64,000 bases of DNA from a virus (IMGVR_UViG_3300009506_000004:1-64000), one strand, 5' to 3'; counted from the stretch's first letter, positions 31,939 to 42,412 are shown. Notes: generated by a model from the letters alone, not told the origin. Numbers and translations: made by a program.

Positions 31939-32065
31939 GATAGGCATTGGGACTCGAACCCAAACTACTGCTTCAGAATAGCGATAACGATCAAACCAGT
32001 CGGCTCATTAGAACAAGTTATTGGAGACCGATTTTTAAGTGTGCTACCATTACACCATACCTATC
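31939..32065 (-). ncRNA. tRNA-bodied, circularly permuted Y RNA-like RNA 2
   Basis: GATAGGTA/TGCCTATC acceptor, GTGT-AATGGTA-GCAC D arm, TTGGG-TTCGAGT-CCCAA T arm; insert CGGTCTCCAATAACTTGTTC-TAAT-GAGCCGACTGGTTTGATCGTTATC. Confidence 0.8.
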
Positions 32066-32796
32066 GTTTATTCTTTCATTAACCCACAACAGCGATCCTT
32101 TTCTTTTAATTCATTATAACAAATATGGCAATGCGTTTGTGGTTCTTTATTTAATTCACAAACAAATTCAACTTTATTTGAATTACCAACTTTTCCAGGA
32201 ATATTTCCCCAACCCCTCAAATATATCGTGCCATCTTTATTAACAACTAATTGAACAGTCCTACCATCATCTAATTCAATTTCAATTACAGCTGAATGTG
32301 GATCATTAACTTCAATAAATTTTGGCTGTCCCATAACATATGTTCTAGCTATCATTTGTTCCCTTTGTAAAATAATCATTTACAAGATTAACACAAGCTA
32401 ACAACGATAAACATAAAATTGGCAAGATTATTATTGGAAGTAAAATTAATCCCATAAAAGGGTCACCCCATAATCCCTTTATTGAATCATAATAATCTTG
32501 TTTCCAAGCCCCCTCCGACACATCATCATCATCATCATCATTCCCGCCGCCATCGTCTATTGTCGGAGGGGGCTTAGCCTTCAACCGAAACGCAGATCTC
32601 CATTCAGCATCCAATTCATTTTCATCAACTGTTTTAAACTTCTTAAGTTGTTCAACAGAATAAATTGTTTCATTTACACTATTAGGATTTATTCCTTCAA
32701 GACAAATATAAACTACACCCTTAAAACCTTTTGGGCTTCTTTTAGTTTGAAGAATTAGTTTATTATTGTCTCTGAAAATCATTTGCTTATATCTAT

Positions 32797-32824
32797 ATTA
32801 TACTACTTATTCTCTTGTTGTCAA
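32797..32824 (-). promoter_or_regulatory. Consensus sigma70 promoter upstream of the Y RNA/SPFH/Ro60 cluster
   Basis: TTGACA-16-TATAAT. Confidence 0.75.
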
Positions 32825-33581
32825 ATTATTTTTTGTTCCAAGCACAGCATATTTGAATAAAAATAACAATTAAAATTAATACAATAGATATAATCCAATA
32901 ATCTAATGTTTCATTGCCAATGAAACCACGTTGGAATTCTGACCACCACACTATTGTCTCTCACTAAGACGCTGACCTATAACTTGTCTACCTAGAAACA
33001 TAAGATTAAATTTACTACCACAAGCATCACATCTAACATTAATTGAACAACCCCCTTCAGGTCCAGTTAGTAAATACCCTATTTTACAATCTGGGCAATC
33101 AGGTTTCTTACTTTCAATAGCAGTAAGTATATATTCAGCTTCTTCTTCTGTAATACATTCATTAATTTCACATGACTGTTTCATACAAAATCCCCTAAAT
33201 TATTATTCATCAGAAACATATTCATCCCAGACTTCCAATACTTTCGCAAGAATACATTTTACATTATTTTCTTCTTCATGAGAACAACATTTATCTGACA
33301 TAACAGTACAAAAGGCATCAATAATCGATTCACGTAATTCAGTAATTATATCATTTTTTTTCATTGTTTCAAGTTTGTACACATTTATCATGTAAAATCC
33401 CCTATGGTGGTTACATCTTTGATATCGAACATTTTGGCTGGTTTAAATGATCTGAATCCATCCTCAGTCCTACAAAGGAGGTTACTACCTTGCCCACCTA
33501 ATACCAAAGCAAGTCTTTCCTTATCGTGGTATGTAAATGTCCACCAAGGACATCTAGGGGCTTGAACAAATTCACAACTAA

Positions 33582-34001
33582 TCATTGGAATCCTCCCTTA
33601 TTGATATTACATGGTTCACATAAAGTTTGATAGTTATCTATAATGTTTAATCCACCACTAGATTTTGGTATTATATGGTCCTTTGTCAACATTACAACTT
33701 GCCCACTAGGTTTAATTCCATATAAATTAAAATGCCCATTTGATCGCCTAGTTCTTTTAACATCAAGACACATAATTCTTCCAACTACACCACAATATGC
33801 ACATGCACAAGATTTCTTGAATACTTTGTATCTTTGAGAAGCTAGATTAATTTTTAATTCATATAATTTAACTCTATCTTCTTTTTCCATTAAATCAAAT
33901 ACAAATTCTGGTGTAAATTGTGCTATATGAGTATTACCAGAATGTCTTGAATCATTTAATTGCATACGTAACATAGCTAGTAATATATCTTCACTTACCA
34001 C
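33582..34001 (-). CDS. HNH endonuclease
   Basis: CAYCG, TKDHIIPKSSGG..NYQTLCEPCN. Confidence 0.88.
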   Translation of the reverse strand: MVSEDILLAMLRMQLNDSRHSGNTHIAQFTPEFVFDLMEKEDRVKLYELKINLASQRYKVFKKSCACAYCGVVGRIMCLDVKRTRRSNGHFNLYGIKPSGQVVMLTKDHIIPKSSGGLNIIDNYQTLCEPCNINKGGFQ

Positions 34002-35733
34002 TGATTACCTCCAAATAAAGTCTAGCACATTCTGGACAAGCATGTTTCATAGATTGAGGATTTATTTCACAAGCAACATCCCATCCACCAAATTTCAAAT
34101 CAACTCTACCACATAAACTTGGGGTATCAATACCACCACTCATATGCTGACCAGTTTTTGTTAATGGTCTGATATGCCACTTAGAATAACTATTAGCCAT
34201 TACTGACTCACAGTAGGAATATCGAGTTTTCTGTATTGCCATTTGTTGCTTCTTTCCTTTCTTGTCACAGTTTCAAAAGCCCTGTCTCTATCTTCTATCT
34301 TAGCATATTTTTTATACGTGTGCCATCTTTTTATTCCATCATAATATCTCCTACCAAGAGCATTTATTAGAATATCTTCACCAACAAAACGACACTGAAT
34401 AATAAATGGTTTAGGCTTAGATTTCTTGTAGTGTTTTGGTCTTTCTTCCTTCTTATTTCTATCATATTTTTTCATGGTGTCAATTCTGTACTAAAATTGA
34501 GTGGTATTATTAACTTTTCTTAGTTAACTGTTCTACTAAACTAGCCATCTTTAAAATACCTTTGTGCTCTATAAAACATTTCTTCGATAGCCTCTTGAAT
34601 AGGGTATTCAAAGAAAACTGAACCGTCCGGATTGTATCCCATAACTGATTTAGGATTGATATTAGACACAAAATCAGGATTAATAGGATTGACATTAGAC
34701 ACAAAATCTGGGTTATTTAAAATTTTTCTAGCTCTACCAGTAGCAATATTTTTACCAATAGTTTTATCAAAATCATCTACTTCATTACATTGACTCCATC
34801 CAATAGCAAAGTTAGTACCTTCACCAACTGCTGCAACACATCCAATTAACTTATGTGCTTTAAATGGATGTCTAACAAATTTAATTAGTTCATACATTTT
34901 ATTCCTCTCTTATTGAAGTTAGAATTAAATCAGATCTTGGTATTACTAACGTATCACTATAGAATTCCTCAAATTCATTATCATTAAGACATAATGCATT
35001 TATATTATCTATTGTAATAGTCCTAATGTACAATTCTTCTTTGTATTCAAAAGTATCACCAATTTCTATACTTTCAAAAGGAATATTTACTTTATAATTT
35101 ATTTTATTATCAATTCTCATTTTTTAACCTCATTAAAGCTTCCAACCGCCTAGATTTTTCATCTTCTAACTGTTTAATTCTACTATATAAATAAGGTAAT
35201 GTTGGGTCATCTTCTACTTTTCTAAGCAAATCAGATATTTCTATTTCTAACTTTTTTATTACTTCTACTAATTCATTCACTTTCACACTCATCTAGAATC
35301 ATAGATTCGTAGTATTCTATATCATCTTCTAAATATCCCCAAACTAATTTATTAAGTTCTGTAAATAAATCAGAATTATCAACATGATAATCACCATCTT
35401 CATTTGTGTATTTTGTTATAATAAGACTATTGATATTTACACTAGGTGGTGAACCTGGATAACCACGAGCATAACCACGTTCTCTAAAATCTGGTTCTTC
35501 ACCTGGGGTATAATCATAGAGCAAAGTGGCTTCTACATCAATAATCCCTAAACCTAATTCAGTAGCATCGATTTCCTCAAAAGTAGCTTCGTATGTTTTT
35601 GCCATTACATTCCTCCACAAATTTTCTTATTTGCTTATAACATTTATTATCAACTATATCCATATCTCCTGCTTCGATAGCTCTATCTAATAAAGCTTTA
35701 ATTTGTCTTGCTTGTTTTTCACCTAAAACTATG

Positions 35734-36840
35734 CTAGTCATTTCTAGTCTCCTTTAAACAATCAAACATACTAGGAATAGAAAATTCAAAATCAAAATCT
35801 ATTTCATCTTTTATAACACAATCTCTACAACCCGTAAAATGTTCAACATTTAAAAATTCTAGTGAATCTGCTTCAGGTATTTCATGGCATCCTTCACTTT
35901 CAATATGTATTCCATACCTACATTTATATTTAATTTTTGGAAAAGTAACTCTTACATGTACTTCCTTAGCATACCGTTTAATTTGTGGTACCAAATATTG
36001 CATAGTTGGTCCACGTACGATTGAATCATCAACAAGTATAACACACTTATCCCATAATGCTTCAGGAATTAATGTATATTTATTTTCTTGTCCATTCTCA
36101 GTTATAAATGTCCTATCTGTTCCTCTATTTCTAACAATAGCACTAACACAAGGTATACCAGTTTTTTCTGATAGTGCTTCAGCAGCAGCTATAGCCGAAT
36201 CGGGTACTGGTACAATTATATCAGCTTTAGGAACATTTATTAATTGCCCAAGTTCCCTTCGTCTAGCCCATGTACCTTTATTAGTTACATGCGAAAAATA
36301 TACATCTTCAAAACAACATTTGTGACTTGATGAATAATAAAATCTATATACGTTACCATTGGCTAAATTAACTATAGTACCTGGATCCACCTCTGTCCAA
36401 TTTAATTTTGGGTCTGCTGTAGTCTCTGAAGCTACTGCATAGCCCCAATCACTCCATGCAACATATAGCGGGTGGAATCCAAATGGATCCCTCCCAGCCA
36501 TCATTTGATTACCATCTTTCCAAACAAATGAATATGCACCAGCTATTCTTCCACCGTGAAATAAAGTTTTGGCTAATTTAACAGTATCCCCATCTTTAAC
36601 TTCACCATTAAATGCTGTCCAAGTACTTTTATAAAAGTATGGTTGACAAACAGAATCCTCATTAGTTACATACCTAACATGACCAATACCAAAATCATTA
36701 ATTTTTTCTAATTCATTAACTCTATTGGCTAATAGCCGTGTGAAACCAGTAACAATTCCACATTGAGCAAACCCCCTATGTTGAATTCTTGACAACATTT
36801 CAACAAGATTAACAGTATATCCTCCAACTATCCCGCACAT
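35734..36840 (-). CDS. purF: Amidophosphoribosyltransferase-like protein
   Basis: N-terminal MCGIVG, QHRG, GHVRY, RDPFGFHPL, FEDVYFS, VPVPDS, VDDSIVRG.T. Confidence 0.9.
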   Translation of the reverse strand: MCGIVGGYTVNLVEMLSRIQHRGFAQCGIVTGFTRLLANRVNELEKINDFGIGHVRYVTNEDSVCQPYFYKSTWTAFNGEVKDGDTVKLAKTLFHGGRIAGAYSFVWKDGNQMMAGRDPFGFHPLYVAWSDWGYAVASETTADPKLNWTEVDPGTIVNLANGNVYRFYYSSSHKCCFEDVYFSHVTNKGTWARRRELGQLINVPKADIIVPVPDSAIAAAEALSEKTGIPCVSAIVRNRGTDRTFITENGQENKYTLIPEALWDKCVILVDDSIVRGPTMQYLVPQIKRYAKEVHVRVTFPKIKYKCRYGIHIESEGCHEIPEADSLEFLNVEHFTGCRDCVIKDEIDFDFEFSIPSMFDCLKETRND

Positions 36841-37055
36841 TAAAACCCCTCAGTATTTTTATTAAGAAATTTACGAATTTCTGTTAATGCTTTACCAATA
36901 GCTTTATCTTCTCTTTTTTCACTAAATTCATAAAGCATAGAACCATCGATTGTTACCGAAGCTCTATAATAACTTTCATTGCTTCCTCTTTTGACATAAA
37001 TATGGTCAGTTTCAATTTCTATTTTCATAAATTCCTCCTTAATTCTTCCAAATAG

Positions 37056-37164
37056 TGGACATGATCAGTACTGCCCTGATGTCCTAGCAACTCTAACGGC
37101 TTTTCACTAGCGCTTTTAACCGCTTCCTCAAAGGACGAATTGTAGTCGAATCTAGTTCATGCCC
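37056..37164 (-). ncRNA. Mini tmRNA-like RNA (tRNA-like domain only)
   Basis: 5' GGGCATGAACTAGATTCGAC, 3' GGAC-ATCAG-GGCAGTA-CTGAT-CATGTCCA; G3:U70 pair and A73; only ~60 nt between the two halves. Confidence 0.75.
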
Positions 37165-37196
37165 AAACATTTATCAACTAATTCAATATCTTCCAT

Positions 37197-37826
37197 CTAT
37201 ATTAGCTCCATACCAGTTAAAGCTACTTCTTGGTTTCTATCAGAAATTAATTTATCAAAACAATACCTTAGAAATGTTTCTGTATTATTCTCATAATAAC
37301 TGTTCCATGGTCTAGGGACGATAACAGCTCTTCCACCTCTACCAACAAAACCTCTACAAAGTTCATTATTATCGTCAATTATTAAGTCACCATTAGATGC
37401 TGCTAACTCAATTTTATTTGGTGTAATAAAAAATTGCCCTTGTAACCAAATTGGTAGAGAAGTTTGAATCCATTTCATTTTACCAGAAGCACAGTCAACA
37501 TCACATTTATGATTAAGAGTATTAGAAGTAGCAATGAATATTCTATTGCGTGGTACTAATTCTTGTGCAAAATCCAAAATTAAATTAAATTCTTTGCTTA
37601 ATGGTGCTTCTGCCCAACACCATTCTGGTATAGATTCCCAAAATTCATCAGACGTCCACTCTCTTTCAGTTAATATTGAACAAGCTTTAACAATATCATA
37701 TTCACCTGGACACGGGAATTTATTGTAATCATATGGTCTGATATTTAAATTAAAAACTTTCCCCAAAATAAACATAGTAAGAGAATTAAGTGTATCATCT
37801 ACATCTATAAAGATTCTTTTAATCAT
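37197..37826 (-). CDS. HAD-family 5'(3')-deoxyribonucleotidase-like protein
   Basis: IDVDDTL, GKMKW, LIIDD, PRPWN. Confidence 0.8.
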   Translation of the reverse strand: MIKRIFIDVDDTLNSLTMFILGKVFNLNIRPYDYNKFPCPGEYDIVKACSILTEREWTSDEFWESIPEWCWAEAPLSKEFNLILDFAQELVPRNRIFIATSNTLNHKCDVDCASGKMKWIQTSLPIWLQGQFFITPNKIELAASNGDLIIDDNNELCRGFVGRGGRAVIVPRPWNSYYENNTETFLRYCFDKLISDRNQEVALTGMELI

Positions 37827-38289
37827 TAAGAAAACCCTTTAAACCTATTTCTTTTGGTAAGCATCCTATTAAACTACATTCTAAAGATTCATATTCTTTC
37901 ATAGATAAAGTAAAAATTAAATCTTTTACTAACTGTTTCCAACCTCTTGCATCACATTCATCACCAGCCTCATTTCTATGTAAAGCTTCAATAGTATCAC
38001 GAAGCAATATCAATTTTGTATGTATAGTAAATTCATCCCAATGTATCTTAATCCAATCAATACAAGATCCAACAATGTAACTGCGTCTGCCCAAACAATA
38101 ACGATGTGCAGCTGTTACCATTAACTGGCTATTCGTACCTTCTGATATTTTCATTACCAAGTCCAAAAAGTAGACACACGGAATGCATCACCAAGAAGTG
38201 CATCATAACAATAAAATGCTGCAATAGCTACACAAGTCCAAAAAAGCAAATCTTTCATTTTAACCTCTCTTTCTTTCTAACTTTCTTAG

Positions 38290-38365
38290 TTGGCATGAGT
38301 GGACTTGAACCACTGAAACCTCCTGTTTATAAGACAGGCGCTCTGACCAACTGAGCTACATGCCA
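38290..38365 (-). tRNA. tRNA-Ile(UAU)
   Basis: TGGCATG/CATGCCA acceptor; CCTGT-CTTATAA-ACAGG anticodon arm. Confidence 0.9.
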
Positions 38366-38366
38366 G

Positions 38367-38438
38367 TGAGACCGGCGAGATTTGAACTCGCAATCTTTTG
38401 ATTAAAAGTCAAATGCATTACCATTTTGCTACGATCTC
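38367..38438 (-). tRNA. tRNA-Lys(UUU)
   Basis: GAGATCG/CGGTCTC acceptor; TTTGA-CTTTTAA-TCAAA anticodon arm. Confidence 0.92.
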
Positions 38439-38776
38439 TAATTAATTCTTGCAAATTCTTCATGATATTTCCTTGCTGCTTCTTTGTAAGTTTTAACTGC
38501 TTCTTCTATATCTTCAAAAAGACCTAAATGTTTTCTTTTACCATTTATTTTAATATATGCTCTCCACTTTTTGGCATTATTATCCCAGCAAACACCTTTA
38601 TAACCACTAGTATTATTTTTCTGTTTTCCTTTATTCATACAATTTTGAGAACGAGTTGCAGACCTTAAATTTTTTCTTTTACATTTTAATACACACCATT
38701 TCCATTGATTTAAATACTCATAATCTTCATCAGAAACTATAGCATATTTACCTTGTGTCAATTTTATTCTTTTCAT
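38438..38776 (-). CDS. AP2-domain protein derived from an HNH-AP2 endonuclease with the HNH core deleted
   Basis: LTQGK..SDEDY..QWKW joined directly to NLRSAT..NNTSGYKGV..WRA; lacks the MHR..DH segment present at 13968-14438. Confidence 0.75.
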   Translation of the reverse strand: MKRIKLTQGKYAIVSDEDYEYLNQWKWCVLKCKRKNLRSATRSQNCMNKGKQKNNTSGYKGVCWDNNAKKWRAYIKINGKRKHLGLFEDIEEAVKTYKEAARKYHEEFARIN

Positions 38777-38949
38777 ATTACCTTTAATCTAATTAAAAAT
38801 TCATCGGCATAAGTAAATAGCTAGTTTACTTATGCCGACCAGGAACATTTACCTGTCTCATAGGGTGCTTAACTAGGTTTAGCCCCTGCGTTGGATCCTA
38901 CTAGTCTAGTATTTCAGTATCCCTTGCGGCACATATGGTGCTATAAAAG

Positions 38950-39023
38950 CACCGAGTGGGGGAATCGAACCCACCATTTTCAGATCGAAGGTCTGATGTC
39001 CTAAACCGTTAGACTAACTCGGC
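38950..39023 (-). tRNA. tRNA-Glu(UUC) with C33
   Basis: GCCGAGT/ACTCGGT acceptor; TCAGA-CCTTCGA-TCTGA anticodon arm; GGTTCGATTCC. Confidence 0.85.
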
Positions 39024-39193
39024 ATTTGCTTCTTAACTCCAGACGGGTCAGCCTTCTTTGCTAAGAAGCATCGATCACCCTAGTTTTTGTTGATCAAGTA
39101 ACTAACTCTAGTCCTTCCGGACGCCTATAAAATAACGTAGACACTTGTCAGTGTCCTGTTACATCTAAATTATGGCACGAAAAAAGCCCGCTG

Positions 39194-39865
39194 TCAAGAG
39201 CGGGCGAATAATTTTTCTATTCTATTAATCTTCTGTCCAGTCTTACTATTCATATCAGTCTTGACAGGCTTCTTCCAAATTGCTTCAAAGTCTGATGGTG
39301 CCTCATACTCAGAAACTAGCACAACTCCTGACAAATTTCTAGCCCAATCCCAAAATTGATCAGAATTAAATTTACCACTACTAAAATTAGTTGTGTCTTT
39401 GTATGGTGGATCACAATAAATTATATCTGCATCACCAGAATAATCTGAATAATCTTGTTGGTAAAAATCAACATCTTTAATTGATTCTGCAAGTTTTACT
39501 AGACTACTTGATGCATTATAAGCATAATTTCTTTTTGTATTATCTTTAGCATAACCACCAAAGAATTTACCACCAAAGCTACAACCAAAACCAACAAAGC
39601 CTCTTAGAACACTTGGTTCTTTATTTTTTAATTGATTGTATAATTCTTCAGAAACCTCGGTAGGGCCAACCCAATCATTTTGAACAGCCTGTAATAATAA
39701 AATAAGATCAGGGTGGATATCAGCGCCAGACCTATAAGGTAATTTGACATACCTACCAACACTATACACACCACAAAATGGCTCATGATAAGTTTTGGCT
39801 TCAATAGAATTTATAATGTTTGCAATTTGTTTGCCTATTCTATGTTTACCACCAAAATATCTCAT
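39194..39865 (-). CDS. DNA adenine methylase (Dam/D12 class)
   Basis: RYFGGK, EPFCG, YCDPPY, VSEY. Confidence 0.9.
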   Translation of the reverse strand: MRYFGGKHRIGKQIANIINSIEAKTYHEPFCGVYSVGRYVKLPYRSGADIHPDLILLLQAVQNDWVGPTEVSEELYNQLKNKEPSVLRGFVGFGCSFGGKFFGGYAKDNTKRNYAYNASSSLVKLAESIKDVDFYQQDYSDYSGDADIIYCDPPYKDTTNFSSGKFNSDQFWDWARNLSGVVLVSEYEAPSDFEAIWKKPVKTDMNSKTGQKINRIEKLFARS

Positions 39866-40690
39866 AAATATCTTATTTCTGATATGTCATTCCAACAGAC
39901 GCTAAACCAGCCGATGCAACAGCTATTTGTATCAATGCTAATATTAATTCACATTCTTCCGTGTCTAATACAGCCATATGTTCACTGCTGAAAGGTCTCA
40001 ATTTCATTACAAGTTCCTCTATTCTTTCCCATGGCTGTGCATCATTAAAAATCGCAGTTAACTGATCATTAGTATGAATAAGCTGTAATAATTTAGCGTC
40101 CATCTAAAATTTTCTCAATTCTTTTTCTAGATTTTATTAATTCTGATTTAACATATTCAGCATAAATAGACTTTTCACTCATATTATCATCATATATTAT
40201 AGCAGATGCCTGATCACTAAAATGACAAAAGCGAATAAATTCTTCTCTTAATTTAGCGTCCATAATAATCTTTCAAATCTTGTTTATCGCGGTGCCTTGA
40301 AGCGCGATTCATTTTCTTTTTTGAAAACCTTCCAGGTTTTTGTATATTTTTTCCCTCTCCATTAGCACGTTTACTCCAATAATCATATCCAGGGTCTTTT
40401 TCCCCACGTTTAGTATCACTCAATTATCTTCCTCCAATGTTTGTATCTGTGATAACAATACATCTACTTGTTTTCTTAATTCTTTCAATTTTTCTTTATG
40501 TTTATGTTCTTCCGAATCCTTACGTGCTACTGCCATTCTAGCAGTAAAAGATTTCTTATCTTTTATTGCTTCAACAGAAAACCATTTTTCGCTATTATAT
40601 AAACCATAATAATTACTTGCAACTAAATAAGAAGAAAAAGATTTAGTAAAATAATCAGGACCAATTTTATACTGAACTAAAAGTATAGGA

Positions 40691-41386
40691 TCATTCATTT
40701 AAATCTCCAAAAACAGTTGGCCAAAAAGTTGAAAACTTAGTTAACATATCTTTAAATAAACCTCTTATTTCCCATTGTGCATGTTTATTTAAGCCACGCT
40801 CTTGAAATACATGCCGCCACATGCGGCAATTAAATGTAGTAGCAATTTCTGTTTTACATGCATTAGGAAGATTAAATCTAGCATCTTCTGGTGGAATTTT
40901 TTCATCCAATTCTTCCAAATATTCTTCATATTCTAATGCGCGTAACCTTAACCATCTCCATTGTCTAATATTTAATTTAGATAATATCCCATCTAATGGC
41001 GGAAAATTATAATATATATTACTATTTGATTCATCTATTTCATATATACCTTCAGGAATTCCAATAGAAGGTGGACAAATTACTTGTAAACCCTTCTTAC
41101 CATAATGACAATAGCGTTGCGATTCTTGACTATATGCTGCAATTCTATGCCTCACCAACTGGTGTGAACAAGCCCTACTACATACTATTCTAACAGATAT
41201 TGAAGCATGTTCAAGTACTGATATATGATTATTTCGACAAATCATTCTTACGAATTTGTCAGCAGAGTCATTGGTGATACAATCTTCACTTTTGTAGCAA
41301 GTCCTACCACATTCCTCAATATATTTTGTTAATTCATCAGGGAATCTTATAAATTCCCAACTAGGTTTCACTACTGTAATATTCAT
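40691..41386 (-). CDS. thyX: FAD-dependent thymidylate synthase
   Basis: H.SVLEH, SRACSHQLVRHRIAAYSQESQRY, EDARFNLPN, AQWEIR. Confidence 0.95.
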   Translation of the reverse strand: MNITVVKPSWEFIRFPDELTKYIEECGRTCYKSEDCITNDSADKFVRMICRNNHISVLEHASISVRIVCSRACSHQLVRHRIAAYSQESQRYCHYGKKGLQVICPPSIGIPEGIYEIDESNSNIYYNFPPLDGILSKLNIRQWRWLRLRALEYEEYLEELDEKIPPEDARFNLPNACKTEIATTFNCRMWRHVFQERGLNKHAQWEIRGLFKDMLTKFSTFWPTVFGDLNE

Positions 41387-41893
41387 TTATCAACATTCTC
41401 TTTTCTAAATCTCTCACCATTGCCTCAAGTTCCTCTATTTTTTTACTTAAAACTCTGTTTGTCTCTAATATTTCATTTTTAAGATATTTAATAGCTAAAT
41501 CTTTTCTGTCTTGTAATTGATTAATTCTTGTTTCTGTACCGTACATATCTATTACTCTAAACTTAAAAAATCACTATAAGCTGCTGAACATGCTTCACAA
41601 CCACATTGACCCTTACAATTATAAGGGCAGTTATATTCACATGTACATGGTATTTCTTCGTAATATCCATCTGTATCAGGATAATTTATCTTTCCTTTAA
41701 GAGTTGGTTTATAAGGAGACATGTCGTCGGGAAAATTAGGACTCATATTTATACTTCTTTTCTCACATGAATAAAACAACACTAAAATTAACGGCAGCAC
41801 AAAGCGCCGCAACACAAATCCCAAGAAAAAACATAACACCAATACTAAAAAAGAATAGCCATGTCATATCACAAAGTATCCCCCAGATTGTTT

Positions 41894-42412
41894 TCATCGG
41901 TTATCACCCGAACCTTGAATAACGCCACGATCTTTTCTTGAGAATAATTTATCAATATTCTGTTGAGCTATATCACTTAAAGATATATCCATTTCTATAG
42001 TATATTCTTTCAATGCATTAAGAATAATCTTCAACCCATATTGTATCTTTATTATTTTTTCAGGAAGAAGAATACCATTATTATCACGTAAAATTTTCTT
42101 TATTGTTTCTAAAACTTCAGCTAATCCTTTTGCTAATTCTATTATAATCCAATCAGCTTTTGGATAACCTTCAAGTTCTTCAAATGTTTCAACGCCTGCT
42201 ATCTCAGATAATTTCAAATCACAATCAGATGCGATAGCAGCAATATACCAACATATATCTCCTATTTCTTTTGAAATCTCTACAAGTGACGGATCTCCCA
42301 TTTTTGCTAAAAATTCAAATGTTTCTCCACCCAATCCAAGCGCCGGATAGATAAGGGTTTCTTTATAAACTGCTGTTTCTTTTGCTAATTTTTGGTACTC
42401 ATCAAGATTCAT
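41894..42412 (-). CDS. MazG-like NTP pyrophosphohydrolase
   Basis: YQKLAKETA, LGLGGE, KEIGDICWY, NIDKLFSRKDRGVIQGSGDNR. Confidence 0.85.
   Translation of the reverse strand: MNLDEYQKLAKETAVYKETLIYPALGLGGETFEFLAKMGDPSLVEISKEIGDICWYIAAIASDCDLKLSEIAGVETFEELEGYPKADWIIIELAKGLAEVLETIKKILRDNNGILLPEKIIKIQYGLKIILNALKEYTIEMDISLSDIAQQNIDKLFSRKDRGVIQGSGDNR

Noticed and set aside
34650-34715. Short in-frame duplications (NPDFVSN x2; also NEGYDNG x2 near 26310-26365)
   Set aside because: Simple local slippage duplications with no further structure.
39108-39125. SRP RNA (TCCGGAAGGA)
   Set aside because: The GGAA tetraloop hairpin is present but the flanking CAGG/AGCA internal loop is missing.
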